Positions 18,356-31,100 of a stretch of DNA of 64,000 nucleotides are shown one piece after another. This DNA is from Piromyces finnis finn (Eukaryota; Fungi; Neocallimastigomycota). The DNA lies in NCBI GenBank assembly GCA_002104945.1, contig MCFH01000002.1:1178001-1242000 (forward strand). The letters run 5' to 3'. The notes under the pieces were generated by a model. That model was given only the letters and a program-made list of their open reading frames with translations. It made no database searches and was not told the DNA's origin. How positions within the stretch are numbered: the stretch's first letter is position 1; each line of letters begins with the position of its first letter. A program made the position numbers and the translations under genes.

Positions 18356-21300
18356 ATGAATTTTTATTCCAGTTTACCTACTTCAGAAGGATCAATACGC
18401 TATTCAAGGGGTAACTTGGAAGTTATTAATCAAGTAAATATTATTAATATCGCCTTTTTTTCCGAATAGAATTATATGTTTTTTAATTATTTACCGAGTT
18501 ATTATTGAATTCAAATCGTATTAAAAGAATGTTATTTTATTTTTTATTTTAATAATTAATTTTTATTCAGTATTAATATTTACTAAAAAGGTTTAAATAT
18601 GATAATATAGCATAATAAGTATATAATATTCTATTTAAATTGTTGGATATATATTATTCATGCACAATTGGTTTATATAGCTTTCATAAAATAAATTTAA
18701 TAATATTGTTAAAAGAAAAGTGAATAAAATTATATTAAATGAGGCTATCCCTATTCTTAATTTTATTATTATCTGTATATTAACTAATTTTATATATGCA
18801 TTAAATGAAATATATAGTTACTACTTCCATTTGAAATTGTATATGAACAAATTAATGGGGTAAAAGATGGATATAGATACATTCAATCCTTGAAAGTAAA
18901 TATTATAAAAAATACTTAATTTTTGACTACATTATATTCAGTATTAATTAATTTTTTTCTTTATATATAGGTTCAAGGTATATATATATATATTTAAGTT
19001 TTATTTATTTTTATTATTATTATTATTTTTTTTATTATATTTTATTTGTTAAAATAAAACAATAATGAATATATATAAGAAAAATATAGAAGAATAGTAT
19101 AAAAATAAAAATGAATTTTTTTTTTTTTTTTTAAATTTCATAAAAGTTTATCTTATGGTTTGAATTTTAGTATTCAATAGTATTAAAAATTAATATTGAT
19201 AATAATACTAAAAATTAACTATTTTTTAAACATTCTATTTGAATAATTATTTTATTATTAAATGAATGAAATAGTTAATACGTAAATTTTTATAATAAGT
19301 GAATTATATTTGGAATATTAGTAAAAACAAATGAATAATATACCAATATTTGAAACTATTTTTATATATTTAAATATCATAAAGTTTATTAAAAATATTT
19401 TTTATATTATTTTTTTATCAATTTCAAAATATAAATCTAAATATCTGCATATTTACCTTTATACAATAAAAGCTGGACAAGCGGTTGCATTAGTCTCTAT
19501 TTTATCTCTAGCAGTAGAAATTCATAATACTTTTTACAATGATGAAAAAATACCTCCTTTTGATGATAAAGAAAGTGCATTAAATTATATATATGATAAT
19601 CTAGATTATTTTAGATCTGTTAGACCTACACCATATACACTTTATAGTTATATTGACACTGTATGGAATGCAGTTATGAAAGAAAATGAAATTGCTAATG
19701 ATGCAGAGGATATATTTGTGGCATATTTAGAAAAAGTGGAAAGTCTATTGGATGAAGTTTTTGAAAATAATAAGAGAATATCATATAATGGTGAAAAATA
19801 TATTTTAGATCATTGTTTAAAGTTTAAAGATACTCACCATCAAAAAGTTAAAGTTGTTACCCATGGCAATTTTGGTGAATTTTCATGTTTAGGCGTGGTA
19901 ATTATATCATTTTTTTTTTAAAATTAAAAAATAAATTAGTTATTTTATACCATTCCAACCATTCCAACCATTATCTTATTTATAATTAAAAATAACCAAA
20001 TACAATTTAAAATTTAATTTAATAAAAATATAGGGAACAGCATTAGGTATTATAAGGCAGCTTCATAAGTCAGAATATCTGGAACAAACATATTGTACTG
20101 AAACAAGGTTAATAGATATTTATACATGAATTCATTTATTATTTAATGACACTATCAATCAGTCAAATTTTCTTTTCTTTTATTTTTTTTATTAATCAAT
20201 ATATGTAATAAATTGTGCTATTCTATAAAAATGTTATTTAAGCCTCTTCATATTAAACTTTCTCATTTAAATATTTTATTCATGAACTAATATTAACTTT
20301 TAATTCAAATTACTATTTTTTTTTTTTTTTTAACATAGACCATACAATAATGGATCTCGTATCACAACCTTTGAATTACATTCAGAAAAAATACCCTGTA
20401 CACTTGTTTGTGATAGTATGCTTTCATCCTTATTTTCAGAAACAAAAATTGATGCCATTATTGTTGGTGCAGAAAGGTAACATATAATTTATGAATATTA
20501 TTTAATTTTAAGTTTTATTATAAAACATAAAAATAAATACTTTTCATATTATTTAATGTATTAATATTTTTTTTTATTTTTATTTTTCATATTTTTCAAA
20601 TTTTTCTTTCTTTCCTTTTTTTTTTTTTTCCTTTTTTTTACTTTTTATTATTTAACAATTATTTTTAAAAGAATTGCCGCAAATGGTGATGTTATTGGTA
20701 CTATTGGAACTTATCAATTAGCTATATTAGCAAAATTTTTTAATATTCAATTTATTGTTGCAGCTCCATCAACTGTAATTGATTTAAAATCCAAAACAGG
20801 AAAAGATATTGAAATAGAGAAATTTTCAGAGTTAGAAGTCACTCAAATACGAGGTGAAGTAGTAGAAGATGAAGGTAATGTAAAAGAACCAATGATACTA
20901 TTTAATTCTAACTCATGGGAAGAGGATTATTCCAATGATATATATGAAAATGAAAATAATGAAACATCTGAACTTTATACAGAGGGTATAGAAAGCAGTG
21001 AAAGCTCCGATAGTGAGGATGACTATGAAGAAGAAGATGATGAGGAGGTGGATGATAATAATAATATTAATGAAAGAAATCATGAAATCATTAATAAATC
21101 TAGTAGTCAAGAACAGTATGACTCTGGAAATGATATTGAAGAAGATGATTATGATGTCACCTTTAAATCCGTTAATTCATATAATGATCTTTCTAATCGT
21201 CATCCTGATACCAGTTATAATGATGCTACCTCAGTTGGTGGTACTGATGCCAAAAGTGTAACTAGTTTTGAAAGCTATCGTAGTAATTCCTTAATATCTC

Positions 21301-21884
21301 GTAATAATAGTAACACAATGACAAGTCCTAAAGTTTATCCTAAGAAAGCTCCAAAGAAAGATTTTTCTCTAAATACCCAAACTTTGATTACTAAACTTGG
21401 TCAAAATGTCATTGATGTTTTGGAAGGGTTAGAAGAATGTATGCGATTTAATGTTCATGGTAGTAACAGTGGCAGTAGTAGTGCCTATCAAATGCGTCGT
21501 CAATCATCACTAGAAACCCCAATCACTTCAATGACCGTAAAGGTTTCTACACCTAATGCTCATGTTTATGCACCAGCCTATGATATGTAAGTTTTAAAAA
21601 AAAAATAGTTTATTACCTTAGTATATAAAAAGTCTAATTAAATATTATTTTACATGATAAAAATTTAATTATTCTTTTTTTTTTTTTTTTATCATCATCA
21701 AAATCAAAATTTAATTCAATTAATACTTTTCAATTATTTTGTTATACATTTATTAAATAATATATATATTTTAAAAAAAAAAAGAACACCATCAAATCTT
21801 ATATCAGCTATTATTACTGATAAAAAAGTATTAACAAGAGAAAATGAAAATGAAGCCTTTGATTTTCAAGAGATTTTTAAATAA
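18356..21884 (+). CDS. MRI1 (methylthioribose-1-phosphate isomerase)/eIF2B-family homologue with degenerate catalytic motifs and a large insertion; exons 18356-18433, 18818-18895, 18971-18977, 19473-19897, 20034-20107, 20339-20476, 20672-21586, 21785-21884
   Basis: The spliced translation has [76 protein letters not shown] and PAYDITP. All junctions are GT-AG and in phase. Confidence 0.85.
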
Positions 21885-24800
21885 ACGAATCAACATTAAA
21901 AAAAAAAATAATCCATAGTATTTCCAATAAAAGTCATTACATAGACATACCTATGTATTATAAAAATAAAAATTTTTTAAATTTATATCATCTTTACAAT
22001 CAGTTTAAAAAGAGTATTATCAGTTTTTTTTTTTTTTTTTTTTTATATTAACTCTTATACTTTTTTATTTTAATATTTAAAAGAATTATTATCATGCATT
22101 ATGTTAGAAAAAAAAAAAAAAGAACCACAAGTCATCATAAAACAAAAAAACAAAAATGCTATATCCAACATTTTATTTTCAATTTTTATAAAATTAAAAT
22201 TCATTATAATAATAAAACAAAACCAAAATTAAAAAAAAAAAAAAAAACTCGAAAGGTTTTATTTTTAATTATTATTAAGTTTAATTTTTTTTTTTTTACA
22301 CTATTCCTTTTAAACTTTATAACATACATATACATATTTACATATATTTACATGTAACTATGAAGAGTTTATTTTTTTTGGAATAATCTATTTATTGTTT
22401 ATCATATGATTTTTTTTTTAATTTAAAGGTTAAGCAATTAAAAAGTTTAAAAAAGAATGTTGCTTTTTCTTTTTAAATTAATTGGTTTTTTTTTTTTCCC
22501 ATATAATTAAATATTTTATATTAAGAATGTCAAATGTTCAATTTTTTCACCACATGCCAATTTTTATTTAAACTACAAAAAAACAAAAGAAAACAAAAAA
22601 CACAAAAACAAACTAAAAGCTTAAAGAAAAATAAAAAGTAAAATTTATAAAGAATAAATAAAATAAAATATAACATTTAATTATAATAATTATATTATTA
22701 TTATTTATTCATCTAATGAATTTAAAATTTTCAATAAAAATGAAATAAATTTGATTTTATTTTAATTATATGGAATAAAAAGAATTCCCTTTAATCCAAA
22801 AGACAAACAAACAAATAACATCTTTATTTATTAAAGGACTATATGTATTTTATAAGTATAATCAAAATTTTTTTTTTTTTAATTATATTCCTACTGAATT
22901 ATATTAAATTATATGTAGATTAAAAATAATCAGTTGACAAGTTTTACCTTTTTTTTTTTTTATAAAATATCAACAATCAATATGAAATATATAAACTAAT
23001 TTATTATTTTGGGTTAAAAATATAAAAGTAATTTTTTTAAATACTATCATTGTAAAATAAAATATTAGAAATGTAATTATATATACATATATATATTTAT
23101 ATATTTATATATTTTTATTTATAAAAAAAAGGGAAAATTAAAATATAAAATCATGACATATTTTCAAAATGTTCCTATGATATAAATTACAATAACCATT
23201 ACCGTAATTTTCTAATTTGATATTAAACATGTTACCTTTTTAATTTAAAAGTTAAACCATTAAAATATATTGAAATATTGAATGACATCTATAATGTTAA
23301 TTTCATATTTTCTTTTTTTTTTTAGTTTTCATAAAACTTTTTTTTTTTTTTGTGTTAAATAGTTGGATTTAATTAAATAATATATGAAATTGAATTAATC
23401 CGTTTATTACAATATAAACATTTGAATAAAAAAAAATTAAAGTTTGAGAAATTTTTATATAATAATTAAAATTTGTGGATTCACATGGTATAAATAATTA
23501 ATAATGATTTATACACACATGATATTTGAATTTAATAAAAAACAAACATAAAATGAGGAAAAACTAGAAAAACCCAGAAATGTATTGGAACTGCCAAAAG
23601 AAAAAGAAAAAAATAATTTTAAATATTATCAAGTAATAATTCTTTTAGAAAAATTGTTAATAATAGAAATAAAGTAATAACATTTTTTTCTTGTTTTATA
23701 AAAGATATCAATTCCTCTATTATTAGATTATATTTAATATTGGTTATAATATCTTGGTTTTAAAATGACTGAATTTAAAAATGATTTTATTAAAAAAAAA
23801 AGATGGCTAATAAAAATAATTAATATAAATTAAATATTTTATGATTTTTGGAAATAAATAAATCTATAAATAAAAATTTATTTATTTTTTCATAGTAAAT
23901 AATCATTCATAGCTTTAGAAAATAAAGCTTTTTTTCAAAGTAATTCATTCATAAGATGCTTTTCAATGTATGAAAATCCTATATAAGCAATAATAAAATA
24001 AAAAGACGTGTTCTTAACACTTTTACCATGAATTTTTTTCTTTAGACGATTATTGGTTAATTTATTTTTTAAATATAATTAAAATTCTGTATTTTAATTT
24101 TCATTTTTTTTTACAGAAAATTCAGATTTTACAAACCAAATAAAATTTTTAAATTAAAAAAAAAAATAAATTGTTTTATTTAGAGCAAATAAAATACGAG
24201 ATAAAGAACATAGAGATTATATCTTTATAATGTATAAGCATTATATTTTAACAATAATAAAAAAGAAAAACAGTTTTACTAAAGTTTATATATTAATAGT
24301 TTTTTATTTTTATTTTTTTTTTAAAAAAAAGGAATATTAAATGATAGAAATGATATTATATTTGATAATCGGATTATTCTAATAATAGTTATTTCTTGAT
24401 CAATTATAAATCAATATATATACTATATATTTTACATAAGGATAACCTTTTTTTTTTATATATATACTAATAATTCTTTTCTTATATGATGTTAATAATT
24501 ATACTATTGTATAATGATCATTTTTATTAAAATAAAGATTATTATTTATTACTCTGGGAACACATGTTTCATATTTTTGGTATCATCAATTATTATAATT
24601 TAATATAGTTAATAACATTATTATTTTTCTTTAAAAAAAAAAAAAATTAAATTCTTTTCTTGTTGGATGGCGTATTAGGAAAATGACTTTTTCAATTAAT
24701 TGAATAGTTTATTAATTTATGAAAAGACATTTTCAAACTTTCATTCTCCTTTTTATTCAATTTTATTTATTTATAATTACATTTTAAATTCAAACATTTT

Positions 24801-26009
24801 TAATTTGAAGTAATTAAATTTAGTCCAGGAGACTATTTATAAAATATGGCTGAATCATTCTTTTTTTTTGGTTGATTCCCAAATGTATTTTATTTTATTA
24901 TTATACAGAAATATTATTATTTCACTTTAATTTTTTAATATTTCTTTGTTAAGTAAATTTTATAATCTTTTGTTTTTCCTTTTTTTTTTTTTCTTGCTTT
25001 TCCTTTCCTTTCCTTTTTTATTTTTTGTTCATAGAAATAAATGACCAAACCATCCTTTCCAATTCTACCCTAATTTTACTTCACTCAACTGATCCTATTT
25101 AGCATTTTTAAAGTTTTAATTATGTTTAATATTATATATATATTATCCATATATTATTAATATACATATATTTATTATTGTACTGAAATGAATTGTAAAT
25201 GTGTCAAAGTCATATATATTAATATATTACAAATCATTTTCAAATTAATAATTAATAATTCTCCATTTCTATATATTTATAATAAATTTCATTTATATTG
25301 ATTTATTAAATAACATATATATTATATATATTAAATAAATATTGATACCATTTAGTATCATATATTAAATTTAATAATAAACAAAATTAAAATATAAAGT
25401 CATTTCATAAGCAATGTCATATAAATTATATAATATATTATAATACATTTCATAATATATTATTTATAATAGATGAGATTTATTATTCTATACTCTTCAT
25501 TAATACTAATTAAAATCTCATAGATTGAGCAGAAAAACTATAATTCTCTGAATAATATAAAATATACTTTTTTATCATACATTAATATAATTAAAGAGGA
25601 ATAATTAATTATTAAACTTTTTTCTTTAGCGAGGAAACAAGAAAATTCTATTCAATAGAAAAAAGGGATGGATGCCATTTTTTAAAAGCAAAAAAAAAAA
25701 AGGTATAAAAACAAGAAAAAATCTTCATTTTTTTATAAATCTTTATCTTTTTTTTTTTACTTTTTATATTTTAATTAATTTTAAATTTATTAAAGAAAAA
25801 AAAAAAATTAAAGCTTCCTCTGTGATTGAAGAAATCAACGAACGAACAACAATAAATAGGAAAAAAAAAAAAAAACTTCCCATATAGGCATATCTATACA
25901 TAAAGATTTTAGGATTATATAGCCTATCTATTTAGTATAAATAATATAAAGTATTTGAAAATAAAATTTAGATTTTTTTTTATTTTAAAAATAAAATAAA
26001 AAATTAAAA

Positions 26010-26966
26010 ATGATCGTTTCACAACAACATTACTCAGCAGGCGAAAATTTAGCCTATAATGATATTGCTAACCTTAAAAGAACAAAAACAATTTTGAATT
26101 ATCTTCTCACCATTATTCTTACTTTTAGAAATGTTGAAATTAAAGATTTTGAAAATGTTGAAAAGAAAATTTTAAAGATTGTTCTTGAAGGTAAAAATAA
26201 TGTTCACATTGTTTCTGACTTTGATATGACTATTACAAAGTATTGGCATAATGGTAGAAAGAGTCCAAGTTCTCATGATATTATTACCAAAAGTTCTACT
26301 GTTAGTGATGAATACCATAAGAAATGTGAAGCATTAAAGGCAAAATACTATCCAATTGAAATTAGTCCAGATCTTACTGATGATGAAAAATATCCATACA
26401 TTGTAGATTGGTATAAAAATGCTAATCAAGCCATTCTTGACGAAAAAATTCATAAAGATGATATTACTACTATGTGTCGCGAAAATTCAGTAGTTTTCCG
26501 TCCAGGTATTAAGGATGTTTTCCAAACTTGTAGAGATAAAGAAATTCCATTCCTTGTTTTCTCAGCTGGTGTTCAAAATGTCATTCAAGAATCTCTTGTC
26601 CAATCAGACCTTTTATATGAAAATATGAAAGTAGTTTCTAATACTATGTCATTCAATGAAGAAACCGGTATTTGTGATAAATTTGTTGGTCAATTATATC
26701 ATGTATTTAATAAGAATAATTTCGGATTAGAAGGAACTGAATATGAAAAGAAATATAAAAATCGTAAGAATGTTATTGTTTGTGGTGACTCTCTTGGTGA
26801 TATTAAGATGGCTGATGGTGCTGAACATGAAACCTGCTTATCTATTGGTTTCTTAAATTTAAACAAGTTTAAAATGTTAAATAAATATATGAATACTTTT
26901 GATATTGTTATCACTGATGATGGATCATTCGATTTAGTTAATGAAATTTTAAGATTACTTAACTAA
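26010..26966 (+). CDS. Pyrimidine/7-methylguanosine 5'-nucleotidase (NT5C3/UMPH-1 family, HAD superfamily)
   Basis: HAD motifs VSDFDMTITKY, LVFSAG, HVFNKN and GDSLGDIKMADG. The exact N-terminus is uncertain. Confidence 0.9.
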   Translation: MIVSQQHYSAGENLAYNDIANLKRTKTILNYLLTIILTFRNVEIKDFENVEKKILKIVLEGKNNVHIVSDFDMTITKYWHNGRKSPSSHDIITKSSTVSDEYHKKCEALKAKYYPIEISPDLTDDEKYPYIVDWYKNANQAILDEKIHKDDITTMCRENSVVFRPGIKDVFQTCRDKEIPFLVFSAGVQNVIQESLVQSDLLYENMKVVSNTMSFNEETGICDKFVGQLYHVFNKNNFGLEGTEYEKKYKNRKNVIVCGDSLGDIKMADGAEHETCLSIGFLNLNKFKMLNKYMNTFDIVITDDGSFDLVNEILRLLN

Positions 26967-28156
26967 ACATAAAAAACAAAATCAAAAAAACATTAGAAAA
27001 CAAAATATATTTAATCCAATAACGAATAACGCATTTATCTATCATATCTTAACTATATCATAAATATAATATTCCAGTAATTTAATAATATATCTCGCTA
27101 TATTTTTATTTTTTTTTTTAAAAAAAAAAATCTATTGAATAATTATTGATAATTATTAAACAGGAAAAAATATGTATATAAAAATGAAGTAATTATCCTT
27201 TAGCATATCGATTAGATTTTATTTTTTAAAAAACGTTTTTTTTGTATTGATCTAGAAATGGAAATGGAGGAAAAACAACTATTTGATAAAATATACAAAA
27301 AAATATATTTCACCTTATATATATACGTATTATAAATCACTTATCTATTAAGCTAGACTTTATATAATAGTATAAAAATAGATAAATTTTGTTTATAAAA
27401 TAATAATTATTTATTATTTTATTTCTCTTTCTTTTTTTTATATATTTTTATTTTTCGAATTTCAAAAAAATATAAAGTTTTAATTTTTAATTTTGTATAC
27501 CCTTTTTTAATATAATAATTTATAATGTTATGAAAAAGCAAAATATAAATTACTATAGAAAATTTATATTTATTCTAGAAAAATTGCCTATATTTCTTTT
27601 ATAATTAAAAAGATTTTAAACTTAATAAAAAAAAAAAAATAATATAAAAATATAAATATTATAAATAATTCATGACATAAATATTAAAAAATTGAATTGA
27701 ATATTATATTTTCTATATTTTTTTTTTTTTTTTTTTTTTATTTCCTTTTTGAAAAGAATCATTTATTTATTATATTTTTCTTTAAATATTCATTTTTAAA
27801 AAAAAAAATTTTTTTTTATAAAGTTTTATTTTATAATGTAAATGTCGTTTTTTTAATAATTTCTTTTTCGAATAAAAAGTATTTGCAGTAATTAATATTC
27901 ATGTGTATATAATAAAGATATATATAAAAAAAATTATTATTAGATTTCTTTATTGAAAGGAAAGGGAAAGAAATAATACTACTATATAAAAATAGTTTTT
28001 TTTTTTTTTTTTTTTTGAAACATTTGCTTAAAATCAAACGTAATGTTAATATGAATGAAAGGCAAACTTTCTTTAAATAAGGATTAAAAAAGTTTTTTTT
28101 TAACGATAGTTTTAGCAATTTTTTTTTTTTTTTTTTTTTTGCTTTTAGTAGGCAAT

Positions 28157-31100
28157 CCCTCTTGGGAACGTGCCTTCATTTATTTAATAAATGTAGTTTC
28201 TCAAGGGGGTCTACTCATGCTCATGGTACTGAGAGAGTAGAAAAAATTAAATCCAAGCATTGCGCAATGGATGCTTGGTTAGTCTTTAAGGGAAAATTAT
28301 TAGGACTAAGCTCATGGTACTGAGCGATTAAAAAACATTTTATTCATCGAATTTAAGTATTTGATGAATAAGTTGAATGTTTGATACTCAGGTAAGTTTG
28401 TATAGTATTTAATTAGAAGAGTAATACATTTTGTTGCTGTATTTTTTTCTTTATTCATGTATTCATGTAGTACTACTCTTCTCTTGTAAGAATCCAATGT
28501 AGTCAACTTTAGCATTTGCATTGTATTTTTATATTCATGTGGCTATTGTTGTATTGTTTCTTGTAAGAGACTGATTCACTCTACATCATGTAAAAATACT
28601 ATTCACAAGCTTTCTGGTGTCGACATTCTTGATTCAAATTTTTTACCAATTTAAATATTTAATGAAAAGTAAAGTCAAACAATTTTAGTGTCAAAAAGCG
28701 AATCGAATTTACTAACAACAAACCAAAACTAGAATTTTTAAAGAAAATTTACAACTAGAATTCAAAAAAAAGAAACTTTAAACAAAGCATCGTAACAATT
28801 TTTGTTCTATCCAGTACTTTTAAGAAGAGAGAGAGAGACAGATTTTTTTCCATATACGTTATATTTGTAATTTTTATTAGTATTTATTTTATATTCAATA
28901 TTTTTTAATTAGAATTTATTATCATGTCAGTCCTTTATATTAAAGATAAGAATTATATCAGACGTGGTACCCGGTCTTATGGTATCCCCTTAGATGATAT
29001 TCGCTCCTTCTTTATCCGTGGTATTCGATCATGGTCAGTAAATATGCTATGGGAAAAACTCGAGGTTATTCTAGAAGATAAATTTAATTCAGTTATTAGT
29101 GTTAAATATTTTCAAACTTTCAATGATCACTTTTTCTTAGTCAAGGTTCATGGTTCATCAAAAGATTGTATTAAAATATTACACATGTTAAAGAAGAAAC
29201 TTTCAGTTACCTCAATTTCCTTTTCAGCTCGTAGTAGAAGGAATCACAAATACACTTTTTCCACTCTCAAACGTAAAATTTTAGTTTCTAATAAACATCA
29301 TCATTCTATTCAACAATCATTTCAACAATCAGTTCAACAATCTCATCAACAATCCGATCTTCAACAAGATCTTCAACAAGATCTTCAACAAGTTTCCCAT
29401 CATGAAAATATTCCAGATCTACAGCAAACACAATTTCAATCTCAACATTCAACAATTAATTCTTATAGTTCTATCAACTCTGATAACAGTTCAATAGTTG
29501 ATAGTTCTTCAGTTTCACAGCCATCTAGTAATAGTTCTACTTATTCCTCTGATGCATCATCCATTAATAACGATGACTTTAATAATAATAATAATAGCAA
29601 CGATTCTTCCTCATCCAACAAGCCTGATAACTTTTCTTTTTGTCTTAGTTGGAACACCAATGGGTGGAATCACGAAAAGAGAGATAGTATTAGCTATTTC
29701 ACAGCTATTTTCAAACCATTATTTTTATGTTTCCAAGAAACTGGTAATGGTTCTGGATCGAATACAGATTATCCTTGTCGTGTTACTTTGCGAAACTATA
29801 GACACTTTTTCAAGAAAGCTGACGAATCAGTTCCGGGAATGAGAGGTTTATATTTAGGTTTTCACAATTCGTGTCAAGCTTCACTTGAAAACTTTTCTGG
29901 AAAGTATATTATTTCTATTTATACTTTTAGTCTTTGGAATAGATTCAAATGCTCGATTGGAAATGTTTATATGCCTCATAGTCATCACAACATCTATGTT
30001 GATCATGCAAAGTTAGAAGTTCGCTTGTGGTTACAAACTCATTCATCCCATCCATCGATTCTTGTTGGTGATTTTAATATGTCTAAAGTAAAATTATCCA
30101 ACTGGTTATCAACTAATGGATTAGGAGATTGGGAAATTCTTCCGCTTAGAGGGTCTACTATCTCTTGGACTCGAGGTGATCAATCTTCCGACATTGACCA
30201 TGCTCTTATCAATTCGAAGATGAAAGATCTTATTCACTCAGGATCATTTATAAATAATTTTTATCCTGTATCAGACCATAAGCCACTTCTTATTAATGGT
30301 AAAATTATTCCTATGGAAGATTTTTCTAATGACTTTAATGTTCCTAAGAAAATTCTGAAATGGAATAGATTAAAATGTATTGAGGAAAAGGAATCTATTC
30401 TTAGTCATAATAAATTCCAAATTCTTTCAGCAAAATTCAACGATCCTAATGTTTCTACAGATGAACTTTCCAAAGAGTTTACTTCAACTGCTTTTTCAAT
30501 TGCAGACGAGCTCAGTATTACCTCAGCAAATAATGTTATAAAGTCTTCATTTCATATTTCACAACAAATTTTTAATCTTCAAAAAATCAAAATGAAGTTG
30601 TATAAGAGATTTAAAAAAGAAAGAATTTATGATATAGATGAATTTATTAAAAGAATTAAAATCTACCGTAAGCTCATTGATTACATCCACAAAAGATGTA
30701 ATGAATTTAGGAAACAAGAATATCTTCATTGGATTAAAACAGGATGTGAGTATATGAAGAGTCATAATCCTAAGAAGGCCTGGAAATGGATCAAGAAAAC
30801 TGCAAAAATTGGAAAAGATTCTTTCTTTATTGCTCAACCAATTAAAAATAAAAATGGAGAATTAGTTGTTGCTACAGAAGAACAACTAGATGTGTGGCAT
30901 GATCATTTCGAAAATCTTGCATCAGATCCAAGTGGTGTAAGTCTTGATTTGGAGCATTGGTATGAAGAACCAATGAATAAACGTTTTTCACTTCCTATGC
31001 TTGATGAGTGGGATATCAACCAAGATATTAGTATTGATGAAGTCAAGTCAGCTATCCTCTCTACTCCAAATTATAAAGCATCAGGTCCGGATGGTATTCC

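Noticed and set aside
20856-21530. Intein in the MRI1 paralogue
   Set aside because: No N-terminal Cys/Ser with block B TxxH, no His-Asn|Cys/Ser/Thr junction and no homing endonuclease. The insert is low-complexity.
22100-25900. Hidden gene or ncRNA in the long intergenic stretch (GC-richer patches near 24660, 24830, 25040)
   Set aside because: No consistent spliced ORF, C/D or H/ACA box pair, or terminal repeats could be assembled.
26040-26130. Possible in-frame retained intron near the NT5C3 N-terminus (GCTAAC...TTTTAG)
   Set aside because: No GT donor in the required phase was found, so it cannot be resolved without transcripts.
28150-28175. Pseudoknot AGGCA/TGCCT at the LINE 5' end
   Set aside because: The AGGCA strand belongs to the target-site duplication (host DNA), so the pairing is probably coincidental.
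28219-28325. CRISPR-like repeat (GCTCATGGTACTGAG twice)
   Set aside because: Only two 15-nt units in a eukaryotic retroelement leader; no array and no cas genes.
28312-28521. Antisense 69-aa ORF in the LINE 5' UTR (ORF0-like)
   Set aside because: Short, with no motif; its length is expected by chance. It cannot be supported without other copies.
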